Assembly (NCBI RefSeq): GCF_009914755.1
Contig: NC_060940.1
Strand: one strand, 5' to 3'
DNA: 64,000 nucleotides
Source of the DNA: the human T2T-CHM13v2.0 reference genome, Homo sapiens
Shown: positions 1 to 12,819 of the stretch, piece after piece
Position numbering within the stretch: position 1 is the stretch's first letter
How the letters are laid out: each line of letters begins with the position of its first letter
Position numbers and translations under genes: made by a program
Notes under the pieces: model-generated
Database searches by the model: none
What the model was told of the DNA's origin: nothing
What the model saw: only the letters and a program-made list of their open reading frames with translations

Positions 1-631
1 GATGCCCAAGACTTTGGATGGGCAAATAACCATGGAGAAGACTCCAAGTTACTTTGTGACAAATGAGGCTCCCAAGCGCATTCACTCCATGGCCAAGGAC
101 ATCAAACTGATTGTGGTGGTGAGAAACCCCGTGACCAGGGCCATCTCTGACTACACGCAGACACTGTCAAAGAAACCCGAGATCCCCACCTTTGAGGTGC
201 TGGCCTTCAAAAACCGGACCCTCGGGCTGATCGATGCTTCCTGGAGTGCCATTCGAATAGGGATCTATGCGCTGCATCTGGAAAACTGGCTCCAGTATTT
301 CCCCCTCTCCCAGATCCTCTTTGTCAGTGGTGAGCGACTCATTGTGGACCCCGCCGGGGAAATGGCCAAAGTACAGGATTTTCTAGGCCTCAAACGTGTT
401 GTGACTGAGAAGCATTTCTATTTCAACAAAACCAAGGGGTTCCCTTGCCTAAAGAAGCCAGAAGACAGCAGTGCCCCGAGGTGCTTAGGCAAGAGCAAAG
501 GTCGGACTCATCCTCGCATTGACCCAGATGTCATCCACAGACTGAGGAAATTCTACAAACCCTTCAACTTGATGTTTTACCAAATGACTGGTCAAGATTT
601 TCAGTGGGAACAGGAAGAGGGTGATAAATGA
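1..631 (+). CDS. HS3ST4: Heparan sulfate glucosamine 3-O-sulfotransferase 4, terminal coding exon (5'-partial)
   Basis: 209-aa ORF with HS3ST motifs EKTPSYF, 3'-phosphate-binding [16 protein letters not shown]...[11 protein letters not shown] and the HS3ST4-type C-terminus [16 protein letters not shown]; stop TGA 629-631. The ATG at 2 is internal: the TM region and 5'-PSB motif are absent and lie in an upstream exon outside the window. Confidence 0.96.
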
Positions 632-2070
632 GGCTAGAGAGGCAGAGGAAGGCTAGTCAATAAGCTAAGGAGGCTCCTTGCCTGAGTCCTTGAATACCCC
701 AGCTTCTGCAGCTTCACTTGCTGGAGTGCCAAGTAGATCTCCTCCTCCTTCATGCAGCCAGGATTGCCTCCAGTGCTGTTAGCTTAGGCAAACAGGTGGA
801 TCCCATGGCATCCCCATGGAGGAACCAGGCCCATCTGGGCAGCAGCATCTGGTTGACCAGATGGCCACCAGAACCCACTGTTCATTCTTATCTTCTGCTA
901 GTTAATATAGCCTGAAGACAGAGGATAAATAGTTGTCAATGTCAGAGACAGTGCTATTAATGTATATGTGAGTGACAAAAAAGGTCTGCTTTATAGGGGT
1001 TCTCACTCTAGCTTGGGGAGCCAGGGTTCTAGCCCTGTATCTGTCATGGGCACCTGCTGTCTAAACCTCTGCTTGGGCTTCTCCCCAGAATGCACTTTGT
1101 GGCTGAGTGCTCCAGGACTCCTAGGGAGCAAGGTCCTCCCTCTAAGGTGTTTCTAGTCTTCTCTTTAAAGGTCTCATCCCACAACCCCTGACTTCCTCCC
1201 TCCCCACATCATGAAGGCAGAGGCATGCACATTCCTCACTGAAAAAGAAAACACACACCCACCCACACACACACACACAGAAGAAAATGAAAGCTGACAC
1301 ACCTCGAAGCCTTCTTTCCAAGAGCCCTCTAAATGGGGTTGGGTCTCACTCTTCATGAGTATCCTGGGTTGTGCAGAAGCTTAGCATATGCCCTTGTGTT
1401 CGGATCAGGCCCACAGGGCTGCTCAAAGAGTAGAGTAATTGTAACCGAGGTCAGAGCTCTGGGGTTGGCAGAGATGAGTGGCCATATCTGGGGGTAAAAG
1501 AAGAAATCCTGTCCTCTTGGTGGGAGGTTACCTTACCTGAAGACCATCTCTCCCAAGCACTGTAGTTCTGAGCATGTTTTTGGGGTGGACTCTGTCCCCT
1601 AGGGTCCCTAGAAGGGCAAAGACCAGAGAGTTGACAAGTCTGTTATTAGGAATAATCCTTAGCCATGTAATGGAGAAAGGAGCAGTCAGCATTCTTCCAA
1701 TTTGCCCCACCACCACCTCCTCGGGCTTCATTTTCTCTATTTAGAGATGGCAGAGAGTGAGGTAGTGGCGAGAAAGCTGACTCCATTCATCAGATCCAGT
1801 TTATGAGGGTTGGGGGTGAGCAAGGGCTGTCTGCAGAAACCCCCATCAAGAGCTGCTGAATGAAGTGTCCCTTCCCATCAGTTTGATTCAATTAAAATGC
1901 ATCATTTGACATAAAGCACTTGTTCACAGATCTCCAAAACCAGGAATTGTTCTAGTAAAACTGGAAATTTGTATGAGTGGGGGGAGTTAAATCTGTTCAG
2001 CTGTTATTAAACTGTCATTTCTCCCGCTAAATGAAAACCGTGTTGTTATAAAGCTTAATGCAACCTGATT
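632..2070 (+). other. HS3ST4: Probable HS3ST4 3' UTR
   Basis: Unique sequence without interspersed repeats directly after the stop codon, ending at a poly(A)-signal-like cluster; the end position is inferred. Confidence 0.65.
1251..1279. repeat. Interrupted (CA)n microsatellite in the 3' UTR
   Basis: acacacacccacccacacacacacacaca. Confidence 0.9.
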
Positions 2071-2100
2071 AATGAGTTTCGATGGTGTGTTTGTGTTGAT
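2006..2100 (+). terminator. Candidate polyadenylation region (variant signals plus GU-rich downstream element)
   Basis: ATTAAA 2006-2011, TATAAA 2047-2052, GT-rich ggtgtgtttgtgttg at ~2084-2098; another ATTAAA at 1891-1896. Confidence 0.55.
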
Positions 2101-4297
2101 CATCTCCATCTTCCCGCCTCCCCTGGAATGCCAGGAGCATCATCTCTCTGAGATGGCTAGAAAGTCCCAGAGGCAAGAATCTTCAGAAGGTTCTGTCTGC
2201 AGGGCACAGTGAATCTTGCAATAGTACAAAGCAAGTGGGTCCTAAAAGGAGTGCAGCTTTTTCCTATCTTAACCATTTCCAACAAGGAATGGACTGATAT
2301 GCCAGATTCAAAAGCAACCTTACAAATAATTTTTCCAGATAGTAAAGCAGTTATTGAGCTGAAAGCAACAGATATACCTGCACTATCAATGTAAAAGAAG
2401 AAACAGATCAAAATGCGTGCATGTACATTTGAAGGAAGAAAATGCACCCATATTTAGAAGGGCAAACTGTGGGACTCATGCGGGGTTTGGTTTCATAAGC
2501 AGAGCAAGGAGTGAGTGAGTTTCAGCCCTCCCTACCCATCAGAGTCAGCCATGGAGTTTGTTCAAGCCTACTGCTTCCTGAGCTCTGTTTCAGACCTGTT
2601 AATGAGTCAGAAACTCTAAGGTGAGGCTCAGGAATTCATCCTTTCAAAAATATTCTTAGGGAAGCTGGAACTGAGAGCAACTGGAGGAAAAGGCTTGTCT
2701 GTATATTTCTTTGCCTCCACTCCCTCCCTCCTACCTCCTTTTATGCTTTTGCTTTTCTCGGAATTATTTCCAACAGAGGTGACCTCCACAGTGTTATGGC
2801 TTCCCTGCAGAAACATGTGCTCTTTTGGAGTTCAGTGGCAATAGGGTTAAGTGTTACCCTTATAACTTAGACAGTCAAAGGAGAATCTGGTTGTAGCAAT
2901 GCTTTAAAGAAATAAATGACCTATTAATCTAGCTTGCTCTCATCACCTCCGTTCTGGGCAGGCACATATTCATTTGGACCCTCAGTCACACCTACTATCC
3001 ATTTTCCATCTGCCTGGTTGTCTATGTGTCTTTAAAAGCCCAGAACATTAAGACTTGCCTCCAAAACATGTGTCCTCACATAAATATGTCCCCAAAATAT
3101 GACAAGCAAATCCATTTTGTAATGTGGTAGCCAATGGTGAATAAGCCACTTCACCTGGGAAATAAAAGTGGAGAAGCCCCCTTAAATTATTTATACATCC
3201 TTGCATACAACAGGAGGTTAAAATTTCCTGGAGAAAGAGGGCAGAGGGCTAAGCCTTGGGACCTAGGGGATTTTTATATTTAATAGTGTTTGGTGTTATA
3301 GTTGAAAACTCGTGGTTCTGAAGAGAAATGCAAATTTGATATGTTTAAGGTCCATTTTCTTCAGTGTCTACTCTAGCTTGATCCTTGTCACTCTGGGAGT
3401 GAACCACTTAGCCACGTCCCTTTCTGCAATGTGGAGACTTGATGAAGGAATTATTTTCTATCCAGAAAAGCTAAGTCAACTTGCTGAAATAGAGTCAGGT
3501 TAATAATAATTCCGCCCTATTTAAACGTGAGCATTGCAACTCACGGGAGATTGAATTTTGTATTTGATTTCAATTAGCAAAGCATAAATTATGTTTAATT
3601 TTCTATCCCCCTCCTTTCCCTCAAATGGATGATTCATGGCTCTGGGAAGGCTGCTGCGTGTGGTTCAGAGATGGGAAAAGGAAAATTCATCCTCCCAAAT
3701 AGTGCAGCTGTCATTGCTCCCGTATTCATCTCTTTCTGTCAGTATCATTCTGTACCTGAAAGGTGTGAAAGCCTTGACATTGCGACTTAGACCTACCAGC
3801 TCAAAACACAATAATAATCAAAAGCACCCAGCAGCCCATTTATCTTTTAGACTGTGTATGAAAACCACGACTTTAGAATAGTAAATATGTGACCCTTCTT
3901 TGGGATTCCTTGCAAACTTTAGGAGCCCCTCAGATCAAATTTTAAGTTCAGGAGAGTGTGGCCTGCTCAATCCCTTAGCACTAGGAGTCCAGTCTAAGCC
4001 TCACTTTTTTACGACCCCAAATCTTTTCCCCTCTCATTCACCCACCTGTTTATTTAACAAAGAAAACTTCTGCATTGCCTCACTATGGTCAGAAAAGGGG
4101 TCACTGGGTCTTATCCTTGCCTCTGTCTGTGTCTTGGACAACTAGATTTATCAATATGAACATTAGTTTTCATATCTGTAACATAAGTATACTTAATTCC
4201 TGCTGGCCTACCACCCAGAGTTTTTCTGATGATCAAAATGAGTTAATAGATAGGAAAGTATTTGAAAAGAATAAAGTACTTCATTGACACAAGAATA

Positions 4298-4862
4298 GTG
4301 ATGATGATGATGATGATGATGCAGAGCTGATGGTAATAACGATGATGATGGTGATGGTGATGGTGATGATACTGCAGAGTGATAGGATGATGATGGTGAT
4401 GACAATGATGATGATGGTGTTGATGATGCAGAGCTGATGGTGATGATGGTGGTGATGGTGATGGTAGTGATGGTGATGATGATCTGTGGAGCTAATGGTG
4501 ATAAGGATGATAATGATGATGATGATGACTCAGAGCTGATGGAGATAAAGATGATGATAGTAGTGATGATGATGGTGATAATGATGGTAATGACAATGAT
4601 GGTGATGCAGAGCTGATGGTGATGATTATGGTTGTGATGGTGATGATGATGATGTTGATATGATCTGTGGAGGTAATGGTGATAAGGATGATGATGGTGT
4701 TGCAATGATGATGATAATGATGCAGAGCTGATGATGATAAAGATAATGATAATGATGGTGATGGCCATCATACTGCAGGACTGATGGTGATAAAGATGAC
4801 CATGGTGATGATGATGGTGAAGAAGATAATTGTGAAGAAGATTAAGAAGGAAGAAGAGGAGG
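4298..4862. repeat. Degenerate (GAT/GGT)n low-complexity repeat with ~55-nt higher-order period
   Basis: GAT triplet runs punctuated by GCAGAGCTGA-like motifs at ~4321, 4374, 4428, 4486, 4530, 4607, 4667, 4722, 4775. Confidence 0.92.
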
Positions 4863-7464
4863 AGAAAAAACGGTTCCCAAAACCCCTTCCAGAACAACAT
4901 GCCTTTATAGCATTCCAGGGAGTATGTTCAGGTGAAAGTGCTGTTTTACTCAGACCAAACAATGATGAGAGTGCAAAGAGAAAGTGAAGCACCATTGATT
5001 TGCTTAAAGCCAAGGCCAGAAGAAGAGCTCCCTATAAATGGCACTGAATGGGCTGAATTTCAGACACTCAAATGCAAAACCTTCTCCCCTACCCAAAGAC
5101 AGGGTCTCACCGAATTCATAGATGGGTTCTCCTCACTGTGGCCTTTCCCTTGCTACATACTCAAGGTTCTTTCAGATATAACAAGGCTTCAAGATTAATT
5201 CATACAGAGCCAAATACATTCTCTTGAAATGAAGGTGAGGGCAATGTTTTTGAGCTTGCAGGCTATGTATTCGGTGCTTGAAGCTCTGAATCCTAAAAGG
5301 TTACATGGAAGACAAAGATGTTTGGGAAGCAGGGCACATCCTTGGGAGTAGCTCTCGTAGTTTTCTGGAAATAAGTTGGGATTGGTGGATCTCCTCAGGT
5401 TCTTCCTGTAACAACTTAGGGTGGAAAGAGATGAGTTCATGCATTTCCCAGTTTCTCAAAAGAATGTAGACTTGTCATTTTCAGACATAAGAGATACATG
5501 GAACCACTGTCTCAAATTGTGAAATGTCTTACATGATGAGGTAATAATAGTACATTTTCTGTCATCAAGGCAGGAAATCAAGGCTAAGAAAATATATGTC
5601 CATGAATGGAAGATAAGCAAGAATCTCTAGTGTCCCTGGGCTATGGGAAAACAATGCTGCTGTGGAAAACAACGCTGCTCTAGAAGCTGTCATGTTTTAT
5701 TCAGTCTTTAATTCACACACACACATCTGTAGAGTGACCAAGTGGCAACAGGAAGAGATATGGGGAAGAGCAAAGCTGACTCACCTTGACACTTGACACT
5801 TGGTACTCCCAGCCCAGTGGGGAAGATGGACATGGATTTAGGCTAAATGAGGAGGGACATACGGAGTGCACATGAAATGAAGCAGGGTAGGGGGAGGTAA
5901 TATGGAGGATAACCAACTAGGGGGAAGGGAAGACCACCAAGTACTTGTTGCAATAGAGACCACACTCAGCAGCATTTAGTCTTATCCCAAATTATAAGAC
6001 AATTCTTACAAAGCACAAAGTGGTAGACACTAACAAAAGAAAAGATAACAATTATAAGATTGGGTAATTAAGAAGACAAATATTTGGGGGGTGGGGAAGA
6101 GAGAGAGAGCGCGATGCATAAAGAATGTGATTAACAAGAAAAGTATTTGCCCAGAAGGGAAGATGCTATCTTTTTTTTAAGTGACCACAGCCAAGCCATT
6201 AATAGAGAACATAAATCCTTCCAGGCTCCTTCTACCACCTATGGTTTCCTTGGTATTGCCCTTGGTCCAAGGTCAAGGGATGTCTTTGATGCCACCCTCA
6301 GGTGTCAGCTACTTGTTGACTAATACATCAAGAAGGAAACACCAAACTACTAGAAATTCATCTTTTCTGAAAATGTGCTAAAATCAGCAATAGTTCAAAT
6401 TAAAGCACACTTGCACAATACACAGCTTGAATTAAATTAAAATATAAGGTAGACTTGTCCTCTAGCTCAGGCATAATGAGGTCTTTTGACCGTATTTTAA
6501 AAGATGGGGTCTGTAAGGACTTGGGTTTGCAAGAGACTTTTCCAAACTTCCAAAGCAGGGTAGTGACTGAAGTAAAACCACGAAGTGGCTGGCTCAGAAT
6601 AATGGGAGAAGGAAGTGACAGTACAGCCTGCCCTAATAATAGCAGTCAACATGATTTGAAAGGGTGTTTTCCTAAGCCCAGGAAAGGTCAGTTTGGATAG
6701 CTGTGATCCTGTCTAATCATTCCGGACCACGTGGAAAAGAATTATTTTGAAATAGGCAGGAGAATTGATATTGAGTTTTAGTTGCAGACAACAATGTCAT
6801 GGGGAGTCGTCCATGAGGCTGTGAACAGACTAGAACTACAACAGTCTTTCATGTTTGGGGATCAGAAAGATCTTCATCACAGCTTCTTTCTGGCTCTGAG
6901 TGAATTCATAACTCCCTGTTGTTGTAATAACTGTGGGGCATAAGAAGGACTGACTGTGAGATATGGAGCTCTTTGGGGTTAATACTTCTCAATCTGGTCA
7001 GTCTCAGACATCACAAACCCATTCCCTGGTTCTTTTCCAGGAGAAAATAGAGATCTGCATTCAAACTGAAACCCAGAACAATAGAGATTTCTCCTATTAA
7101 CCACCTGGCCCCAGGAAGTACTCCCTAGCAAGTTTCCTCGATGAATCCTTTCAGGGATGGGTTATCTCCGTATTTAGCTTCTTCTGCTTTACCATTTCCT
7201 TCCAGAGCCACATATCACATGGTGTCTACTGAGAGAAGCCTCCCCTTGCAAAGATGTCAGATTATCTATCCCATGAACCTTGGGTCCCATAGCTTTTTTT
7301 TCTAGGGCAGGCTATTTTGAGAAAAAAAAAAAAAGGCAATGGAAAGTCAGAGAGGACATTTAGGGTAGCACTGAGCACTGGGAAAAGTTGATGCAGGAAT
7401 CCAAGTGCAGGTCAATAGTGGGGCTGAGAAATTTGGTGTAAAGAACCCTCGGAGTCCATGTCGT

Positions 7465-7675
7465 ATGTCTTCATTGTACCAATGCAAAATTAGAAATCAA
7501 CATGGCACATGTATACATATGTAACAAACCTGCACGTTGTGCACATGTACCCTAAAACTTAAAGTATGATAAAAAAAAAAAAAAAGGAATTACCTTGTTT
7601 TGCCTAAGATGACACAGAAGAGCAAGGCTTCCAACCTGGATCTGCTGACTTCTAGTCCTGTGCACTTCCCACTAC
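7465..7675 (-). mobile_element. MIR SINE interrupted by an L1 3' end
   Basis: ttgcctaagatgacacag...acctggatctgctgacttctagtcctgtgcacttcccactac resembles the antisense MIR core. Confidence 0.6.
7498..7585 (+). mobile_element. Extremely 5'-truncated young L1PA 3' end with A15 tail
   Basis: caacatggcacatgtatacatatgtaacaaacctgcacgttgtgcacatgtaccctaaaacttaaagtatgat followed by poly(A). Confidence 0.92.
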
Positions 7676-7732
7676 CCTCAAATCAGAGACTCAGGAGATA
7701 ACTCAAGTGTACTTAAAAGTAGCTTTTCCCCT

Positions 7733-8455
7733 CAAAGGACATGAACTCATTCTTCTTCATGGCTGCTTAGTATTCCATTGTGTATATGTGCCACATTTTC
7801 CTTATCCAATCTATCAATGATGGGCATTTGGGTTGGTTCCAAGGGACATGGATGGAGCTGGAAATCATCATCCTCAGCAAACTAACATAGAAACAGAAAA
7901 CCAAACACCGTATGTTCTCACTCATAAGTGGGAGTTAAACAAGGAGAACACATGGACACAGGGAAGGGAACATCACACACCGGGGCAGGTTGTGGGGGTG
8001 GGGGGAAAGGGGAGGGAGAGCATTAGGACAAATAACTAATGCATGCGAGGCTTAAAACCTAGATGATGGGTTGATAGGTGCAGCAAACCACAATGGCATC
8101 TGTATACCTATGTAACAAACCTGTACGTTCAGCACATGTATCCCAGAACTTAAAGTAATTTTTTTTTTTTTTGAGACAGAGTCTCGCTCTGTTGCCCAGG
8201 CTGGAGCACAGTGGTGTGCTCTCAGCTCACTGCAAGCTCTGCCTTCTCCTGCCTCAGCCTCCCAAGTAGCTGGGACTACAGGTGCCCGCCACCACGCCTG
8301 GCTAATTTTTTTGTATTTTTAGTAGAGACGGGGTTTCACCATGTTAGCCAGGATGGTCTCAATCTCCTGACCTCGTGATCCACCCGCCTCAGCCTCCCAA
8401 AGTGCTGGGATTACAGGCGTGAACTTAAAGTAAAATTTAAAAAAATTTAAAAAAA
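7733..8455 (+). mobile_element. L1PA7/8-like 3' fragment with 5' inversion (twin priming), interrupted by an AluY
   Basis: Antisense L1 7733-7842, then sense L1 3' UTR 7843-8158 including the G-rich tract, A-rich tail 8432-8455, TSD AAAAGTAGCTTT at 7715-7726 and 8480-8491. Confidence 0.9.
8159..8421 (-). mobile_element. AluY-like element, slightly 5'-truncated, ~17-bp internal deletion
   Basis: Poly(T) plus Alu body; TSD GAACTTAAAGTAA at 8146-8158 and 8421-8433. Confidence 0.93.
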
Positions 8456-10869
8456 GATCTACTCATAATCCTTCAAAAAAAAAGTAGCTTTGCCTAACAG
8501 ATTGGTCGTGGAAATGGAATGTTTCTAAAAATGCTAGGAGGATAGCTTTTTCTAGAGGCAGGGGTTAAGTGTATGCTTGATTCTGAATGGGCCCCAGGCT
8601 TCTCTCATTGGAATGTAGTCCAATTTTTTCTGATGGCCTTCCCAAAGTTAGAGGATACTGATGGATATTCACCATGCTGGACTGAGAGTGCTTCAGAGTC
8701 CTGCAGAGAGCACACCTGTGGGTGAACCTAGACCTGTATGTGTTAGATCAGTGCTCATAGTTGTCTACTGCCCTTTGCTGACTCTACATTTCATCTGTCA
8801 ACCAGGACTTAGAGCAGTAGCTTTGCGTAAGGAGCAAGACAGTGTTCTGAGGAAGCCATGAGCAATTATCTCTATCCAGAATCAACTAAATTAGACACAA
8901 GGAGGAATATTTAGGCAGTGACAGTTGTTAAACCAAACCGAAGAGCTGTGAAATCTTCATCATTTATTTCATTCCTCTATTATTGAGTAAACATTTATAT
9001 ATCATCACTATGCCAGGTGCTAAAGAAAGGTTGTGGACAAGAAGTCCCATTAAACTGTCCTCATGAAACTTTAATAGGAGAAAGATGCCCATCTTTCTCT
9101 TGTTAGTACAAAAGCTGTCCAGCCAGTAAGCAGGAATGGATAGGATGGTTTCTTGGGAAAAGCAAAAATCTGGAATTTGATCATTAAAGGGAGCTTGGGC
9201 TGTAGAAGATATTGGATATCTCCTTCCTTTATATCTCAACTTGAGAGGAGAGTTGATATTAAGCTTTCTGAAAATTTCTGACTTCTTTTTCCCTGCTCCT
9301 TTCTACCTGGAAGAAACATAAAATATCCTGGAACAAAAGAGAATAAAATGAGCTGGAATTGCAGGATTAGACTAGAAGCAGGTTGGAGAAATGACAAATT
9401 ATGGTTCATGAGAGGTTGAGAGACGATTATCTCATGTCCTGCTTGCCTCCACAGTGGGTCCACAGAGGCAAAGATGGGCTAATGCCCAGCAACCCTAACA
9501 CGGTTCTGTGCTGGACCATGGAAGGACATGGTCTCCCTTCCCGGCCAAATTTCAAAAAGCTCCAATCTCTTTGACAGATCTACCTCTACCACATCTTTGC
9601 TTACAACTTAATTACACCTGTGTTTCTGTAACAAAGGATATTTACCATTAAATGTCTTTAGAGGCTGAATTTTTGTCACCGGTTTGTTTCTAGGATCATG
9701 GGAACAGCCTTGGGACAATCAAAAATCTACAAGAAAGGCAAAAAAGAAAAAAAAAGAAGTGGTGTATGTTCTTTCTTACAACTCATGGAAAAAGCAATAT
9801 TTAGCAACCACTTTGGTTCCTTCTTTCCCTAGAGAAAAGAGCAGGACGCGTTTGAAGATGAGGCTGCAGGTTCCACTGTGACTTTGCAAATCAAAGGCGA
9901 GAGATAGCTTGATCAAGCAGGAGATATCTTCTTTTCTGTCATTTAGGGAAGAAAGCATTTCTTAGTTTTCATCCCAGTGGAAGCACCTGTAAAGGGTGTC
10001 AGGGGAGAGGACCTGCTTCCGTGAATGCTTGGGAAAAGGGCTTTGGAAATAAGTGCTTTTGTTACCCTGGGATTCCTGCTGAGAGTAAAGGAAAAAAACA
10101 CACAATAAAATAGGAAGTGTTTATGCCATAGGCACCAGGACGAGGACTGAGTCTAAATCACAGACTCATAGACCAGTCCCCAAGCCAGGATGAATCCCAT
10201 CATCCATTTACTCTGCTCTGGCGCTCACGGCAGAGAATACAGATTGGGGTCCTTATAAATTTCTGGTTTCTAACCTCGGCTGGGCACTCCGTTCTGCTAT
10301 TTGTTTCTTTTATTGGTCCCTGGGAAGTTCTTTTTTTTCAGTCCTCTTGTATTTGTTTCTGAGACGTCCCCCTTTTGTCAAACTTTCTATCCCTATCCCT
10401 GTTCTCTCCCTCTTGTTCTCTTGGCCAAAGGAGCTGGCTTCACGGAGAAAGTTGAAGTTGCCTCTCTCTGCCTGTCATTGGACTTGGATTACCTCATGCA
10501 TTAAATGTATTCAGTGATAGCACCAGCCTCAGCACATGTGAGGATAGGATGACATATATAAGGAGCTTAAAAGAGAGAATAACAACAACAAAAAAGAGCT
10601 CAGTGGGCTCACTGTTATTATTGTTATTATTATGAATTTTAAAAAGTACTAGCATGGCATGAATCCTTCATCCTCCACCCACGTTTCATCATTTCCTACT
10701 TTTGCATCGGATTCTTCACTCTTAACGTCAAGGATCATGGACTTTATTCCTGTATCCTCCTCTTCACTCAGTCTTTATAAACATCAGTCCAAAATAGAAC
10801 ATCTCATCCTTAATTTAAAAAATAAAATAAAAAACCTTTCTGTAGCACTTTTCAAAATACCATGCAACA

Positions 10870-11630
<761 letters not shown>

Positions 11631-11659
11631 TGAATGGCCATAGTTCCTAACACAGATGG

Positions 11660-11891
11660 TGTTATACAACAGCTATCTTCTCCCATTTCCCTTGTTAAAA
11701 GAACCCTGCTTTTGTTTTGGTAAGTGATGGTGATGTGTGGAGGGAAAGAGGACCTCTTCTCTATCCCCAAGGAATGGCCCGTGACTAATCTAAGCAATTC
11801 ATGTGAGCTCCTAATAGCCAGTGGAGCCTGAGCAGTAGTCAGCTCAGAGATTCTCAGAAATAGAATCCTTAAAGATGATAGATAGATAGAT

Positions 11892-11942
<51 letters not shown>

Positions 11943-12235
11943 GATAGATAGATGGATGACAGTGACCAAGGCTAAGAGGAAAGGGATCTATTTTTTCTAC
12001 TTTTGAATGCTATTGTGAGGATGACAGATGTAAGAGCTGTGGCAGCCATCTTGTGACCATGAAGGCAAATATGGCTGACACTGACAATGTCAGGGAAGAA
12101 CTGATGAAAAGACCCTGACTCTTTGTTGGCCTTCTTTATCTACTGAATCATGCAACCCTGCAACTACCTCCTTCCAAGCTTTTTTATCAAATGTGAGAAG
12201 AAACATCTTCATTGCTTAAGATACTTGCAATTGTG
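11660..12235 (+). mobile_element. Old MLT1 (MaLR) solo LTR containing a GATA STR
   Basis: gagctgtggcagccatcttgtgaccatgaagg and 3' tgtgagaagaaacatcttcattgcttaag are typical MLT1J/K-type segments. Confidence 0.65.
11874..11957. repeat. (GATA)n tetranucleotide STR
   Basis: Long GATA run with GAT interruptions. Confidence 0.97.
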
Positions 12236-12819
12236 AATCCTTTTTGCATATATACATATCCAGGTTATAAGACCCTTAAGGTCCATAGGACAGAGGAGAG
12301 AATGCATGGATATTAGACCTCAGCATCTGGGAGAATCATTATGACCTTATGATGTGGACTGGCATCATGGGGTCAGGCAAGGATATATGAAACGTACATT
12401 TAAAAAAGCAGCACTGGTTTCAGACATATGTGGACCCTTTTTTGTTTCTCACATTGCAATGCATTGCTTTATCCCCTTGCAATTCTATTCCTCTATCATA
12501 TTAAAAAGTAGCATTTTGTAACACATCTTTGGGTTCAGCATCTTTTCTGCACCACCACAGTTATGCAAGTTACAAATTCCCCCAGAGGCTTCTCAAATTT
12601 TGGGGGCATTAACATATTATATCCAACGTATAGATGCTCTTCTCCCAAATTTCAGGTTCAAGACATCTGAAATCCCAAGTTACCTAAATCCTATTAAATA
12701 CTTGACTCTAAACAACCCCCATTAAGGTAAACAACCTCCAGAGGCTCTATCTTGAGTTAAGGACAAATACCAAGAAGAGTAACAACTAATATCTCTGGAG
12801 AAATCCTGTATTCATGGTA

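Noticed and set aside
2-4. ATG as the HS3ST4 start codon
   Set aside because: It is an internal Met; the N-terminal TM region and 5'-PSB motif are encoded upstream of the window.
1092-1921. miRNA seed matches in the 3' UTR (GCACTTT 1092, ACTGTAG 1559, AGCACTT 1915)
   Set aside because: Single 7-mers are expected by chance and conservation cannot be assessed here.
3511-3545. CCGCCC + TATTTAAA followed by CGTGAG-N8-CTCACG inverted repeat as a promoter
   Set aside because: Short motifs, atypical spacing, no CpG island and no downstream gene.
4208-4900. 230-aa poly-His/Ser/Ile ORF on the minus strand
   Set aside because: It is a translation of the (GAT)n repeat, with no domain, splice or promoter evidence.
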